Positions 36,067 to 48,350 of a stretch of DNA of 64,000 nt are shown piece after piece (the stretch's first letter is position 1; the number at the start of each line of letters is the position of its first letter). The notes beneath the pieces were generated by a model. The model was not told the DNA's origin and ran no database searches. It saw only the letters and a program-made list of their open reading frames with translations. Source of the DNA: Mobula hypostoma (Eukaryota); NCBI RefSeq assembly GCF_963921235.1, contig NC_086097.1:35776001-35840000 (forward strand), read 5' to 3'. A program made the position numbers and the translations under genes.

Positions 36067-39000
36067 TAAGACCATAAGACCATAAGACATAGGAACAGAA
36101 TTAGGCCATTCAGTCCATCAAGTCTGCTCTGCCATTTCATCATCGCTGATCTAATTTTCCTTTTAGTCCCAATTTTCTGCCTTCTCCCCATATCCCTTCA
36201 TGCCCTACCCAATCAAAAATCTATCAACTTCTACCTTAAATGTACATAAATATTTAGCCTCCAAAACAGCCTGTGGCAAACAATTCCACAGATTCATGAC
36301 ACTCTGGCTCAAGAAATTCCTCCTCATCTCCATTCCGATAGGATACCCCTCTATTCTGAGGCTGTGTCCTCTGTTCTTAGACTCTCCCACCATATGAAAC
36401 ATCATCTCCACATCCATTCTGTCAAGGCCTTTCACCATTTGATAGGTTTCAATTAGGTCACCCCTCATTCTTCTGAATTCTAGTGAATACAAGCCCAGAG
36501 CCATCAAACGCTCTTCATATGACAAGCCGTTCAATCCTGGAATCATTTTAGTGAATCTCCTTTGAACCCTCTTCAGTTTCAAAACATCCTTTCTAAGATA
36601 AGAGGCCCAGAACTGCTCACAATACTCCAAGTGAGGCCTCACCAGAGCTTTATATCCTTGCTTTTAAATTCTAGTCTTCTTGAAATAATGCTAACATCAC
36701 ATTTGTCTCTTCACCACAGACTCAGCCTAAAAATTAACCTTTAGGGAATCCTGCACAAAGACTCCTGAGTCCCTTTGCATCTCAGGTTTTTGTATCTTCT
36801 CTCCATTTAGAAAATAGTCTACACTTTCATTTCTTTTACCAAAGTGCATGACCATGCACTGCCAATACTGTATTCCATCTGCCATTTTTTTGCCATTCTC
36901 CTAATCTGTCAAAGTCCTTCTGTAGCCTCTCTTCTTCCTCAAAACCACCTGCCCCTCCACTGATCTTCATATCGTCTGCAAACTTTACAACAATGCCATC
37001 AATTCCATCATCCAAATCATTGACGTATCATAAAAGAATTGGTCCCAACGCAGACACCTGTGGAACACCACAGGCACCGGCAGCCAACCAGAAAAGGCTC
37101 CCTTTATTTCCACTCTTTGCTTCCTGCCAATCAACCACTGCTTTAGTCATGCTAGAACCTTTCCTGTAATACCATGGTCTTGTAGCCTTCTGTTGGTTTT
37201 TAAAAGCTTCCCAATCTTCTAACTTCCCACTGACTTTTTCTCTATTATATGCCCTCTATTTGGCTATGATGTTGGCCTTGACTTCTCTTGTTAGCCATGG
37301 TTGTGTCATCTTGCCTTCAGAATACTTCTTCTTTGCGATGTATACATCCTGTGCCTTCTGAATTGTTTCCAGAAACTCCGGCCATTGCTGCTCTGCCGTT
37401 ATCCCTGCCAGTGTTCTTTTCCAATCAATTCTGGCCAACTCCTCCCTCATGCCTCTGTAATTCCCTTTACTCCACTGTAATACTGATACATCTGAATTTA
37501 TCTTCTCCTTCTCAAATTTCTGGATAAGCATGATCATATTGTGATCAACTGCCCTGAAGGATTCTTTTACCTTGAGCTCTCTAATCAATTCTGGTTCATT
37601 GCACAACATCCAATCCAGAATAGCTGATCATCTAGTGGGCTCAACCACAAGGTGCTTTAAAATACCATCTTACAGGCACTCTAGAAATTCCTCCTCTTAG
37701 AGTTCTGCACCAACCTAATTTTCCCAATCTACCTGCATATGAAATCCCCCATGACGATTGTAACATTGCCCTTCTTCTTTCTATTTCCTGTTGTAACTTG
37801 TAGACTACATCCTTGCTACTATTTGTGGGTCTGTATACAACTCCTGTCAGGGTCTTTTTACCCTTGCAGTTCCTTAACTCTTTTCACAATGATTCAATAC
37901 CTTCCAACCCTATGTCACCTCCTTCTAATGATCTGATTTCATTTTTTTTTTACCAACTGAGCAATGCCACTCCTCTGCCTTCCTGCCTGTCCTTTCAATA
38001 CAATATGTACCCTTGGACATTAAATTTCCAGCTATAATCTTCTTTTGGTCATGATTCAGTGATGCTAACAACATCATTCCCATCTATCTGCAACTGTGCT
38101 ACAAGTTCATCTACCTTATCCTGTATACTGCACACATTCAAATATAACACCTTCAGTCCTGTTTTCATCCTTTTTGATTTTGTCTGCCTTTACGTTGCAG
38201 CTCATCCTGTTGACTGCAATTCTGCCCTATCGTCTGCCTCTCCTCACTACACATTGGCTCTGTTTGTAAACCAGCTACCCTCATCTTCAGATCTATTATC
38301 TTCCGCCTTTCCTACAATATTTTTTGCACTGAAACATATGCTGCTCAGGACACTAGTTGCACCATGCTCAACATTTTGATTCCCAACTTTGTCTGAGGTC
38401 TTATCAACATCTGCCTCCACAACCTCTTCACTAACTGTTCAGGCATTCTGGTTCCCAACCCCCCGCAACTTGAGCTTAAACCCCACAGTGCAGCATTAAC
38501 AAACCCTCCTGCTAGGATATTAGTCCCCCTCCATTTCAGGTGCAAACCACCCCATCTGTACAGGTCCCATCTTCCTGGAAGAGAGCCCAATGATCCAGAA
38601 ATCTGATACCCACCCTCCTACACCAACACCTTAGCTGTGTGTCAAACTGCATAATCTTCCTAGTTCTTGCCTTATTGGCACGTGGCACAACCCTAGAAAT
38701 CCTGCCCTTTAACTTGGCACCTAACTCCCTGAACTTCCCTTGCAGAACCCTGTAACTCATCATACCCATGTCATTGGTACCTGCATGGACCATGACCTCT
38801 GGCTGTTCACCCTCCCACTTAGAAACGCTGAGGACTTGATCCGAGATATCTCGGACCCTGGCACCCGGGAGGCAACATACCATCCGGGAATCTTGTTCTT
38901 GCCCACAGAACCTCCTGTCATTCCCCTAAGTAATGAATCCCCCATCACTACAGCGTGCTTCGTCTGACACCCCCCTGAACTCTGCGCCAGTGACCTGACT

Positions 39001-39528
39001 CTTTAGTCCCTTCCCCTTCCTGACTGTCACCAAGTCTCCTGTGTCCTGCACTTTGGGTGTAACCCCCTCAGCCTCCTGAATGATTTGGAGTTCATCCAGC
39101 TCCAGCTCCAACTCCTTAACGCGGATTGTTAGAGGCTGCAGCTGGGCGCACTTCTCACAGTTGTAGTCATCAGGAATGCTGAAGGTCTCCTTGCCTTCCC
39201 GCATCCCGCAAGTGGGTCATTTGACAAACCAGCCTGCCATCTCTACTGTCCTAGTTGAGCAGGTACAAAGAAGGGAAGGAAAAAAAAACTTAACCTTGAG
39301 CTTATCTTTCCTTTGCTTTTTCTGACTGAAGCTTCTCTTCATTGAAGCCTCGAAGAGCTAAAGCCTTAAGATCTCCACTCTGACTCTGTGCACGCAGATA
39401 ATGGCCTCTGTGCTTGCCCCTGACTTCCTTTAATTTGCTCTTGCTAATCAATCTCAAATGCCGATTGGTCGCTGGTCAAAGTTCTTTTTTGCTGTAGCAA
39501 CCCGTTGCTGTCTTTTCTACTGAGCAGT
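36067..39528 (-). mobile_element. CR1 retaining both ends (5'UTR, ORF1 Zn-finger/leucine zipper and SGNH esterase, endonuclease, RT C-terminus) with internal deletions
   Basis: CEKC.QL..RVKELELELDEL; CCLPGARVRDI..VHAGTND; DHNMI; RPHLEYCEQFW; (CTTATGGT)n tail; GGACCTGAGTGA at 36055-36066 and 39529-39540. Confidence 0.9.
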
Positions 39529-39855
39529 GGACCTGAGTGAAATCGATATACCAAAGATGCAGCCTAGAGACAAGCATGCCTTCAGGGTTCCGGGATTTTG
39601 TGGCTCTGGAGGCAGGCGAACTCAAGGTTGGTGCCTCTGCAGGAAATTGGTGTGTCGTGGGAGATGGAAGATTGAAAGGAGCAAGCTGGCTGCTGGCTGT
39701 GTGCCCAGAGACCTGAGTTCTTTGGGCACAGAGCTCAGAAAAAGCGACGCAGTAGATTTTTACCACAGTAAATCAGTGAGTTGTTTGTTATGTCTCCCCT
39801 CTCACTGTGAAATAGGGGCACTTCTTTTTCCCTTATTAGGGAGAGAGAGAGCCTA

Positions 39856-40182
39856 TGGTATAAACAGGGTAAATACAAACAGGCTTTTTCCACTGAGATT
39901 CGGTGAGTCTACAACTAGAGGTCATGGGTTAAGGGTGAAATGTGAAATGTTTAAGAGGAACATGAGGGGAAACTTCTTCACTCAGAGGATCATGAGTGTG
40001 TGGAATGATCTGCCAACACAAGTGGTGCATGCAAGCTCAATTTCAACATTTAAGAGAAGTTTGGATTGTTAGTAGGGGTATGGAGGGCTTTGGTCCCAGT
40101 GCAGGTCCAAGAGAGTTTAAATGTGAGCACAGTCTAGATGGGCCAAAGGGCCTGTTTCTGTGTTCTACTTCTCTATGACTCT
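39856..40182 (+). mobile_element. CR1 3' end
   Basis: TTRGHGLRV..RGNFFTQR..WNDLP, GGGCCAAAGGGCCTGTTTCTGTG, CTCTATGA tail. Confidence 0.9.
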
Positions 40183-40594
40183 AAAAATAAATAAATAGAT
40201 AAATAAATTTTATATATTTATATAAATTGTATGTATATATATGTGCTTATCTAAGAGTCTATTAAATGTCCCTAATGTATCTGCCTCTACCACCAGCCCT
40301 GACAGGGTGACCCATTATTATACTATATCTCTATAGGGCTGTATTGTGCTGGTCCCGGTCCTTGCCTTGGATTGACCCACTGTCTCACTCACCCTGCAGC
40401 TGAACATGTGCAGCTGCACAGTTCCTAAAGAACTGCTGGTGTCGCCACTGCAGCCGTTTTGCGGGCTGTGAGGCAGGTCATAGATTACCCTGACAACCTC
40501 TGACATTTTGTGCTGCCAAAGGCCTTTACATAGCTCCAAACATTTCAGATGACCACGTACATGGAAAAATAGTTGGAAAAGAAAGGAATTTTAA

Positions 40595-40980
40595 TTACTG
40601 CCCATCAGCTCCCTCTGATGCCCCTCCTCCTTCCGTTTCTTCAGTGGTCCTTTCCACTCTCCTATCAGATATCTTCTTTTTCGGCCCTTTACCTCTTCCA
40701 CCTACCACTTCCCAACTTCTCACTTAATTTCCCCCTCTTCCATCTAACCACCTTCCTTCTCAGAGGGTTCACCTGTCACCTGCCAGCTTGTCCTCTCCTT
40801 ACCCCACCTTCTTATTCTGGTTTCTTCCCCCTTCCTTTCCAGTCCTGATGAAGGGTCTCAGTCCAAAGCATCAACTCTTTCTTCCTTTCCAGTGAAGCTG
40901 CCTTCTCTTATCTGCTGAGTTCCTCCAACATTCTGTGTGTGCTGCTCTGGATTTCCAGCAACTGCAGAATCTCCTGTGTC
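40595..40980 (+). mobile_element. Solo PLE terminal repeat, hammerhead remnant 40841-40876
   Basis: Pyrimidine-rich tract, AGTCCTGATGAAGGGTCTCAGTCCAAAGCATCAACT, tail GGATTTCCAGCAACTGCAGAATCTC. Confidence 0.8.
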
Positions 40981-41441
40981 AGCAATTTTATTAAATAATT
41001 TATTTACAATTAAGATGATAAGTTTAGTAACTCATGAAATAGCTGTTAATTAATTACATTGGATATAAGGAAAATTAAAAAATAAACTATTTGAACTTAT
41101 GTTTTATGTGAAGACCCCATTCAGATAAATGAGGCTATACTTATCCTACCAAATGGTCTTGGTATTAAGCTACGGATGAGTTCAGAGTCAGAGTGAGAGG
41201 TCAAACAGGTTCCCAGCAACATGTTTCTTACCTTCACCCTATCATCCCAGAATATGTTGATGTGTCCTGGACAAGCAGTCAGTGGTTTTGCCTTCACCCA
41301 TCAGTACAATGCACCCATTGCATCTAGTGGAGACAACAGCATAGTCAATGGTTTCAATAAAAAATGAGTCTGAATAACATTGTAGAAGTAAATAATGAAA
41401 GATGGTTTAGGAGGCAAGTTTGAAACTTACCCTTACAACTT

Positions 41442-41664
41442 AAAGAGTCTGAAGATGCTGGAAACCTTAAACACACTTACACACACACACTCACAAATCT
41501 ATGGAAGGGAAATAGTTGACATTTCATGGCATTTTTCTAGCTCCTGTGCCCTTCCTTTCTAGTCCTGATGAAGGGTCTCGGTCTGAAACATCGACTGATA
41601 ATTCCTCTTCATAGCTGCTGCCTGACCTGCTGAGTTACTTCAGCACTGCGCATGTGTTGTTCCA
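41442..41664. mobile_element. Fold-back mini-PLE with hammerhead near 41561-41597
   Basis: AGTCCTGATGAAGGGTCTCGGTCTGAAACATCGACT; TSD CCTTACARCTT at 41431-41441 and 41665-41675. Confidence 0.8.
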
Positions 41665-41996
41665 CCTTACAGCTTGCAGCTTGCAAATTTTTCAATGCTT
41701 TTTTCAGCCTAGGTGGTCAGCTGAGATCACTAAATCAAATGAATGACAGCAGCAAAGCCAGTGCACATATTTCTGCAAAGCCTCACCAATAACCACAGGC
41801 TGTCACTTAAAGCTTGAAGTACGACAGAGGCTTCCTTTCACTGCTCCAGACCCCCTACCTGTTCTTCACCAGCACACCTAATAGCCTGCCCACCACATTT
41901 CCTTAAATTCTTTTTCATGTAATTCTTTGTTAATATTTCAGATCTTGGTCATTGTCTAACTGACAAACATACTGTCTTCCATCCTTCAATGATATT

Positions 41997-42640
41997 GGAG
42001 GGAGGAGAAGATGGCGACGCGACGCAGCGTGGGCGGCCTTTCTGAATGAATATCGATTATGTGTAACTAGGGTGCCGTGCACAATCCGGATTTGATGGAG
42101 ACAGCCGTGAGAAGTGCAGAGGAACATCTGGAGTAACTTCTGAAATGCCTGCTTCACTGCCGCTGCTACTGTGCGACCGAGAATCTCCGGAGATGAAGGC
42201 CCCAAATCCTCGGCTTTGCATATTGCCTGTTGCCGGGGCCGGGGTCGAAGCGCTCGGCAGAGATGGTGCTCAGTGCTCGGTGTCGAAGAGGTGGTCGGAG
42301 GCTCAGAGTTTTCGGACGGACTCGGAGTCGGACTGTGATCGGATGCTTCCAGGATGCTGCACCGGCAAGTTGGCGGCGCTGGAGGTTTACAGTCTGCGTG
42401 AGATGATGGGACTTTCGAGAGACTTTGAGACTTTTACCGTGCCATGGTCTGTTCTTATCAAATTACAGTATTGCTTTGCACTGTTGTAACTATATGTTAT
42501 AATTATGTCTTTTTTGTTAGTTTTTAAGTCGGTTTGTCATGTGTTTTCGTGATATCGTTCTGGAAAAACATTGCATCATTTCTTAATGCATGCATTACTA
42601 AATGACAATAAAAGGGGACTGCGTGTCCTCATAATCATAA
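41997..42640 (+). mobile_element. CpG-rich non-coding retroelement (LINE-like 5' head plus 3' tail)
   Basis: Starts GGAGGGAGGAGAAGATGGCG (YY1-type motif), CpG-dense to about 42400, ends GACAATAAAA..CATAATCATAAT. Confidence 0.6.
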
Positions 42641-42972
42641 TATTTCAACCCGATTGAAAATATTTTGTGCTTAAAAACTTAAATTATACTTTACTGTGAT
42701 ATCTAAACCTTACTCTTACCACATAAAACAAAATTTGTGAGATCCTTGTGCCAGTCCCAATCCATTCATTCATTCAGCACTATAACAGTTGTGGTGAAAC
42801 ACAAAGTTTGAAAGCTACTTCAGCTGCTGTATGTACATTAATAAATCTTCCTGAAAATGGCTTCATTTTATGGGTCATTAGACCCTCTAAAATCCTCTCT
42901 CGGAATCTGAACAGGTCAGCTGAAATGAATTTTTAGCTTTTTTTCTGCCTTTTTTCTTGCCAAGCTACATGA

Positions 42973-43302
42973 TTTCAGCTGGGTGAACTGGAGCAGTGTG
43001 GGCTTAAGTGCCTTTGCTCAAAGACACAACACACTGCTTTGGTTGAGGGTTCGAGTCTCGGCCGAGGCAGTGTGTTGTGTCTTTGAGCAAGGCACTTAAC
43101 CGCACACTGCTCCAGTCCACCCAGCTGAAAATGGGTACCGGCGAAATGCTGGGCGTTAACCTCACGATAGACTGGCGTCCTATCCTGGGGGTGGGGGTGG
43201 GGGCGGGGGGGAGTCTCATACTCTCAGTCGCTTCACGCTACAGAAACCGGCACAAGCACTGGCCTGACGGGCCACAAGGCTCGGGACAGATTTTAACTTT
43301 TT
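42973..43302 (+). mobile_element. tRNA-derived SINE with an inverted duplication replacing its 5' head
   Basis: B box GGTTCGAGTC, TGTGTCTTTGAGCAAGGCACTTAACC core; inverted arms 42973-43047 / 43057-43130. Confidence 0.85.
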
Positions 43303-43555
43303 TAACATGTTAAATAAGACAAGGCAACTACAATTGCATCTCCAGGTGAAGTCCCTGATCATCAGCTATCTGCTTGGTGGTTAATGTGAAAGCTTCTGTC
43401 CAATACCATTCAGTTTGCCAAAAATAAGCTTACAGGGGCAGTTCCCTCAGTAGCAAATATTAGGATGGGACTCATAGGGTTTCATAGCACTGTAATAAGC
43501 ACAAAAAATTTGTGAAGGTCAAAGGACGAGGTAGTCCACAGATAGAAATATTACA

Positions 43556-43695
43556 AACGTGAGAAAATCTGCAGATGCTGGAAATCCAAGGCAACACACA
43601 CAAGATGCTGGAGAAACTCAGCAGATCAGGTAGCATCTATGGAAATTAATAAACAGTTGACGTTTCAGACCGAGAACCTTCCTCGGGACTTCATT
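43556..43695 (-). mobile_element. 140-bp solo mini-PLE beginning at the hammerhead, 9-bp TSD
   Basis: AATATTACA at 43547-43555 and 43696-43704; hammerhead remnant near 43655-43690. Confidence 0.85.
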
Positions 43696-44210
43696 AATAT
43701 TACATGGCTAAGATCCCACTGAAAAAAAGTTTCAGCATTTGACCATCAGACAGTAAGTGACAGATACCCCACACTATTAATCTTTGAATTGCATTGGTGT
43801 TTAATAAGATCTGACGACCTCACATCATATATACTCTAAAGCCTCTTTCTTAATTGATTGGATATCCCAATTGCCTTTGAAAATAAAATGTTGAAATGGC
43901 AACACTACAGGAAATGCAATGAGTGGATTCCAATTCCACTGTAGAGGAGTGAACCACATCTCCAAAAGACCTTGATTTTGAGAGTAGTGCAGCCACTGCA
44001 ATGAGTTACAGACATTGGTCCTGCAGTGATTAGAATGTGCCCCTTCACCCCAGGAAGTCTGACTGGAGAAGGTTTTTAGTGCTACCATTTTTGCTAAATG
44101 TCTTTACGTACATGGTGCCATGCCTCTTTTTGTAGGATTTCTTCTGGCTCCTCTGGCTCTCTTAAACCACTTGGGATCATGGTGACTGGGATCCAAGTTA
44201 GAATTAATCT

Positions 44211-45416
44211 TCGCAATTCCTCCATCTCTGCCACATCTGCTCTCAGGATGAGGCTTTTCATTCCAGGATGAAGGAGATGTCTTCCTTTTTTAAAGAAAGG
44301 GGCTTCCCTTCCTCCACCATCAACTCTGCTCTCAAATGCATCATATTCATGCACATCTGCTCTCACCCCATCCTCCCGCCACCCCACTAGGGATAGGGTT
44401 CCCCTTGTCCTCACCTACCACCCCACCAGCCTCCGGGTCAAACATATAATTCTCTGTATCTTCTGCCACCTCCAACGGGATCCCACCACCAAGCACATCT
44501 TTCCCTCCCCCCCTCTTTCTGCTTTCCACAGGGATCGCTCCCTACACGACTCCCTTGTCCATTCATCCCCCCCATCCCTTCCCACTGATCTCCCTCCCAG
44601 CACTTATCCTTGTAAGCGGAACAAGTGCTACACATGCCCTTACACTTCCTCCCTCACCACCATTCAGGGCCCCAGACAGTCCTTCCAGGTGAGGCGACAC
44701 TTCAGCTGTGAGTCGGCTGGGGTGATATACTGCATCCGGTGCTCCCGATGTGGCCTTCTATATATTGGCGAGACCCGACGCAGACTAGGAGACCGCTTTG
44801 CTGAACACCTACGCTCTGTCCGCCAGAGAAAGCAGGATCTCCCAGTGGCCACACATTTTAATTCCACGTCCCATTCCCATTCTGATATGTCTATCCACGG
44901 TCTCCTCTACTGTCAAGATGAAGTCACACTCAGGTTGGAGGAACAACACCTTATATTCCATCTGGGTAGCCTCCAACCTGATGGCATGAACACTGACTTC
45001 TCTAACTTCCGTTAATACCCCTCCTCCCCTTCACACCCCATCTATTATTTGTTTATTATTATGTATTTTTTTCCCCTTTCTTTTTCTCTCTCTTTTTTCT
45101 CCCTCTGTCCCTTTCACTATAACTCCTTGCCTGCTCTCCATCTTCCTCTGGTGCTCCTCTCCTCCCATCCCATGATCCTCTCCCTTCTCCAGCCTTGTAT
45201 CCCTTTTGCTAATCAACTGTCCAGCTCTTAGCTCCATCCCTCCTCTTCCTGTCTTCTCCTATCATTTCAGATCTCCCCCCTCCCACTTTCAAATCTCTTA
45301 CTATCTCTTCTTTCAGTTAGTCCTGACAAAGGGTCTCAGCCCGAAACGTCGACTGTACCTCTTCCTATAGATGCTGCCTGACCTGCTGCGTTCACCTGTA
45401 TTTTGTGTGGGTTGCT
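44211..45416 (+). mobile_element. Neptune-type PLE 3' part: RT thumb, Cys linker, open GIY-YIG frame, terminal repeat
   Basis: ORF 44689-45015 GVIYCIRCSRCGLLYIGETRRRLGDRFAEH..RLEEQHLI..L.PDGMN; hammerhead 45319-45354 (core G to A); ATTAATCT at 44203-44210 and 45417-45424. Confidence 0.92.
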
Positions 45417-45936
45417 ATTAATCTGCTTTTGGTTGTTTTATATTGAATTGTTTAACCTTTTCACAATAACAACAAATGAGATATCTCAGTACCTTTATAT
45501 CAAGAGTGTGTTGACATGACAGGCAATTAAAAAATCAACATTCAACAATTATAAAGAATAAGGAATTTTATAAAACATAAAGTTAGAGGTTAAGTTTCAG
45601 ATATGGAATAAAATGTGCATAGAAACAAAAACTAGCATGTATTTACAATGTAAACAACATTGCAAAAAGTGGTTTAAAGTGTTTACAGTGCAGTACAATG
45701 ACTGGGGTGTATGTAGAGAGGGATGGGGGGGGGGGTAACCAGAATAGTTGATCAGATTAACTGCCTCGGGAAAGAAACTTATAAAATGGCATGAAGTTCT
45801 TATTTTAATAGCCCTACAGTGTGTAAACATTCAATAACTTTAAAAGCTGCTATTCTAGGAGATATGATTGTGCATCACTGGGAGCACATAATCATTCCCA
45901 CAAGGGTTCACCAGAAACACATTCTGGGTGATACAC

Positions 45937-46145
45937 ACACAAAATGCTGGAGCAACTTAGCAGGTCCAACAGCAACTATGGAGACGAATAAAGAGCCAAC
46001 TTTTCAGGTCCCGATGAAGGGTCTCAGCCCTAAATATCAATTCTTTATTCCTCTCCATAGATACAGTCTGAGTTCCTCCAAAATTTTCTCTGTGTGTGTA
46101 CTCTGGATTTCCAGCTTCTGTGGAATTTCTTGCATTTATGATTTA
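45937..46145. mobile_element. Fold-back mini-PLE, decayed
   Basis: TSD CTGGGTGWTACAC at 45924-45936 and 46146-46158; CCGATGAAGGGTCTCAGCCC. Confidence 0.75.
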
Positions 46146-47054
46146 CTGGGTGTTACACTAGTATTGACATCATTGGGTTGAGCCACACACTAGAAAAACA
46201 GTAACGGAACTGATGAAAATTTCCTACTAAAGTGTTTATACCCCATTAATAAGTGGTTTTCAATCTCTCAAATCCATGTGCAGAATTGGTTATCATCAGT
46301 TTAATATGATTACTGTTCTTATATATTGTCTTTTCTGGTGTCCCACAACAAAATTTCTCTGCCACTTCCTAGAGGTCCAATTATTTATGATATCTGATTC
46401 AGCATTGTAAATATTATTACATCTGGAAGTGTTCCAAGATAATAGATCAAAACATACAGAAGAAGTGATTTAGTTAGTAAACGGACAGACATAAAAGTCT
46501 TAAATTATAGGGAATGCTGAGTGCACAAATAACCTATGAATTAATCCTCAATGTCTATCTGAGAAATGGGGTCTGAAAGTATTCAATTGTTGGCTCTTGA
46601 AGCCCTCACTGCATCATCAACTTTGTGCAACTAATGTGTTTTCTCTGCTGGATCATTTAGATCAGCAAACTGTTGCAAGCAGGAGAAGCAGTCAATAACT
46701 TCTGCTCACTGCACTTTATATAATCATAAAAAAAAATCAGCTTGAAGAAATGTTTTCCATCTTGCAGCCCATTTTCCCATATTCTCTGCATTAAAGTAGC
46801 TATCACTTGTATACCCATTCATGTTTGGACATAATTTTTTGTTGTATTAGTAGAGAGCAGTGCAATTAGAACTAACTGTCTAAACTGCTGACAGCATCAA
46901 AGTGAGATTGACATGTTCATATCTCTCAAGGCTCCTGAAATAGATTGTGTTCCATCATTAGAGATTCCAAGTTTTAAAACAAAGATTCCATAAGTTCTGT
47001 TAACTCCATTAGAGTCAAAGGTCGGATCACAATATTCAAACCCAACTTTCTTTC

Positions 47055-47500
47055 AGCAGTGCTTTTTCCATACTATGCAGTGATGCAATTTGATAGGATG
47101 CTCTCCACTGAGTATCTGAAGAATGGCATGGGTATTGATGTGCATAGCCCCTTCATAGTCTCTTCAGTCTCCTCAAAAAGCAGACGTGTTGATGATCTTT
47201 GCTGGTTGTCTAGAGTGTGCTCTGGGATCATGAGAGGTTGCACAAAATGGGCCCTCCCACGAGTTTGAAACTGCTGACAGTTTCCACTGCTGTGCTACCC
47301 ACATAAAGAGGGGTGGGAGTGGTGCAAGTTCTCCTAAGTCAATAACCATCTCCTTTGCCTCGATGACGTTAAGGGAGAGGTTATTTACCAGGCACCAGGC
47401 CTCAAACTCTTCCAACTCTTCTCTGTAGGTTGTCTCATCATTGTTGGGGGTTGGCAAACGTGAAAATGTGATTACTAAATTGCTTGGTAATACAGTCATG
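47055..47500 (-). mobile_element. Rex1/Babar-like RT fragment
   Basis: NNDETTYREE..WC..NNLSLNV..KEMVID. Confidence 0.8.
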
Positions 47501-48350
47501 TGTCAATAACATCATAAGGTCAAAAGAAGCCACAGCCACAATAGCTGGAGGTAAAATAGATCCAGCCACACCTCTTCAAATTAGCCAACCGCCAGACTTT
47601 GAAAGCTTCCGATATCTGAAAGCATTCTAAAAGTAATAAAAAATAACTAAACAATTACTTTAAAATGATCAAAAATGCCCGAACACAGTGATTAAACTAT
47701 TTAAAATACTTGAAATAACTTTTAAAAAGAGTTTAAAAATTATATCCATCAATTAATTCAAAAATAGAAAATTATCACATAGACACCCTTCTCACACATA
47801 GACATTCATGCAAGTTAAATGAAAGGTCTGCTGTTCCTGCAGCAGATCTAACCTACTGCAGGTTCAGCAGTTCATTCTCTTAGTGTAATTGCTGGAGAAT
47901 TAAAGCAGGCTTGTGCGTTAAGGCGAAATCCCTGGGACAAGCCTGCTGACACTAGAATCGCCCTATGACATCACACTGCGGTTGCAATTATATGAAGCAT
48001 TTTAACACAGATTAGATGATCCATAACAATGCACTTCAGTCTGTGAGAGGGAACCTGAGCTGTCTAGTCACCTATTACTTTAATCTTCTATCCCATTCTC
48101 ATTCTGACCTGTCTGACTTGGGCCTCCTACACTGTTCCAACAAGGTCTAATATAAGGTCAAGGAATAGCACCTTATCTTCAGTCTGGGTACATTGCTGCC
48201 CTTGGGAACAATGTACTCTCAATAGATGAGGCTGTTCTCTTCTATTTCAGGTTCTTTTTTCTCTTCTGCCAGTTTCTGAAAGAAATTGTTACCTTGACAA
48301 CTTTGGTCTGCACTCTGTCACAGACAATATCCCTCCTGAAACTTAAAATA

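Noticed and set aside
39527..40072. 181-aa ORF as a novel gene
   Set aside because: Chance read-through from an unclassified segment into a CR1 C-terminus
43262..43290. Hammerhead-like CTGACGGGCCACAAGGCTCGGGAC in the SINE tail
   Set aside because: Lacks CUGAnGA and GAAA; better explained as a SINE/LINE 3' stem-loop
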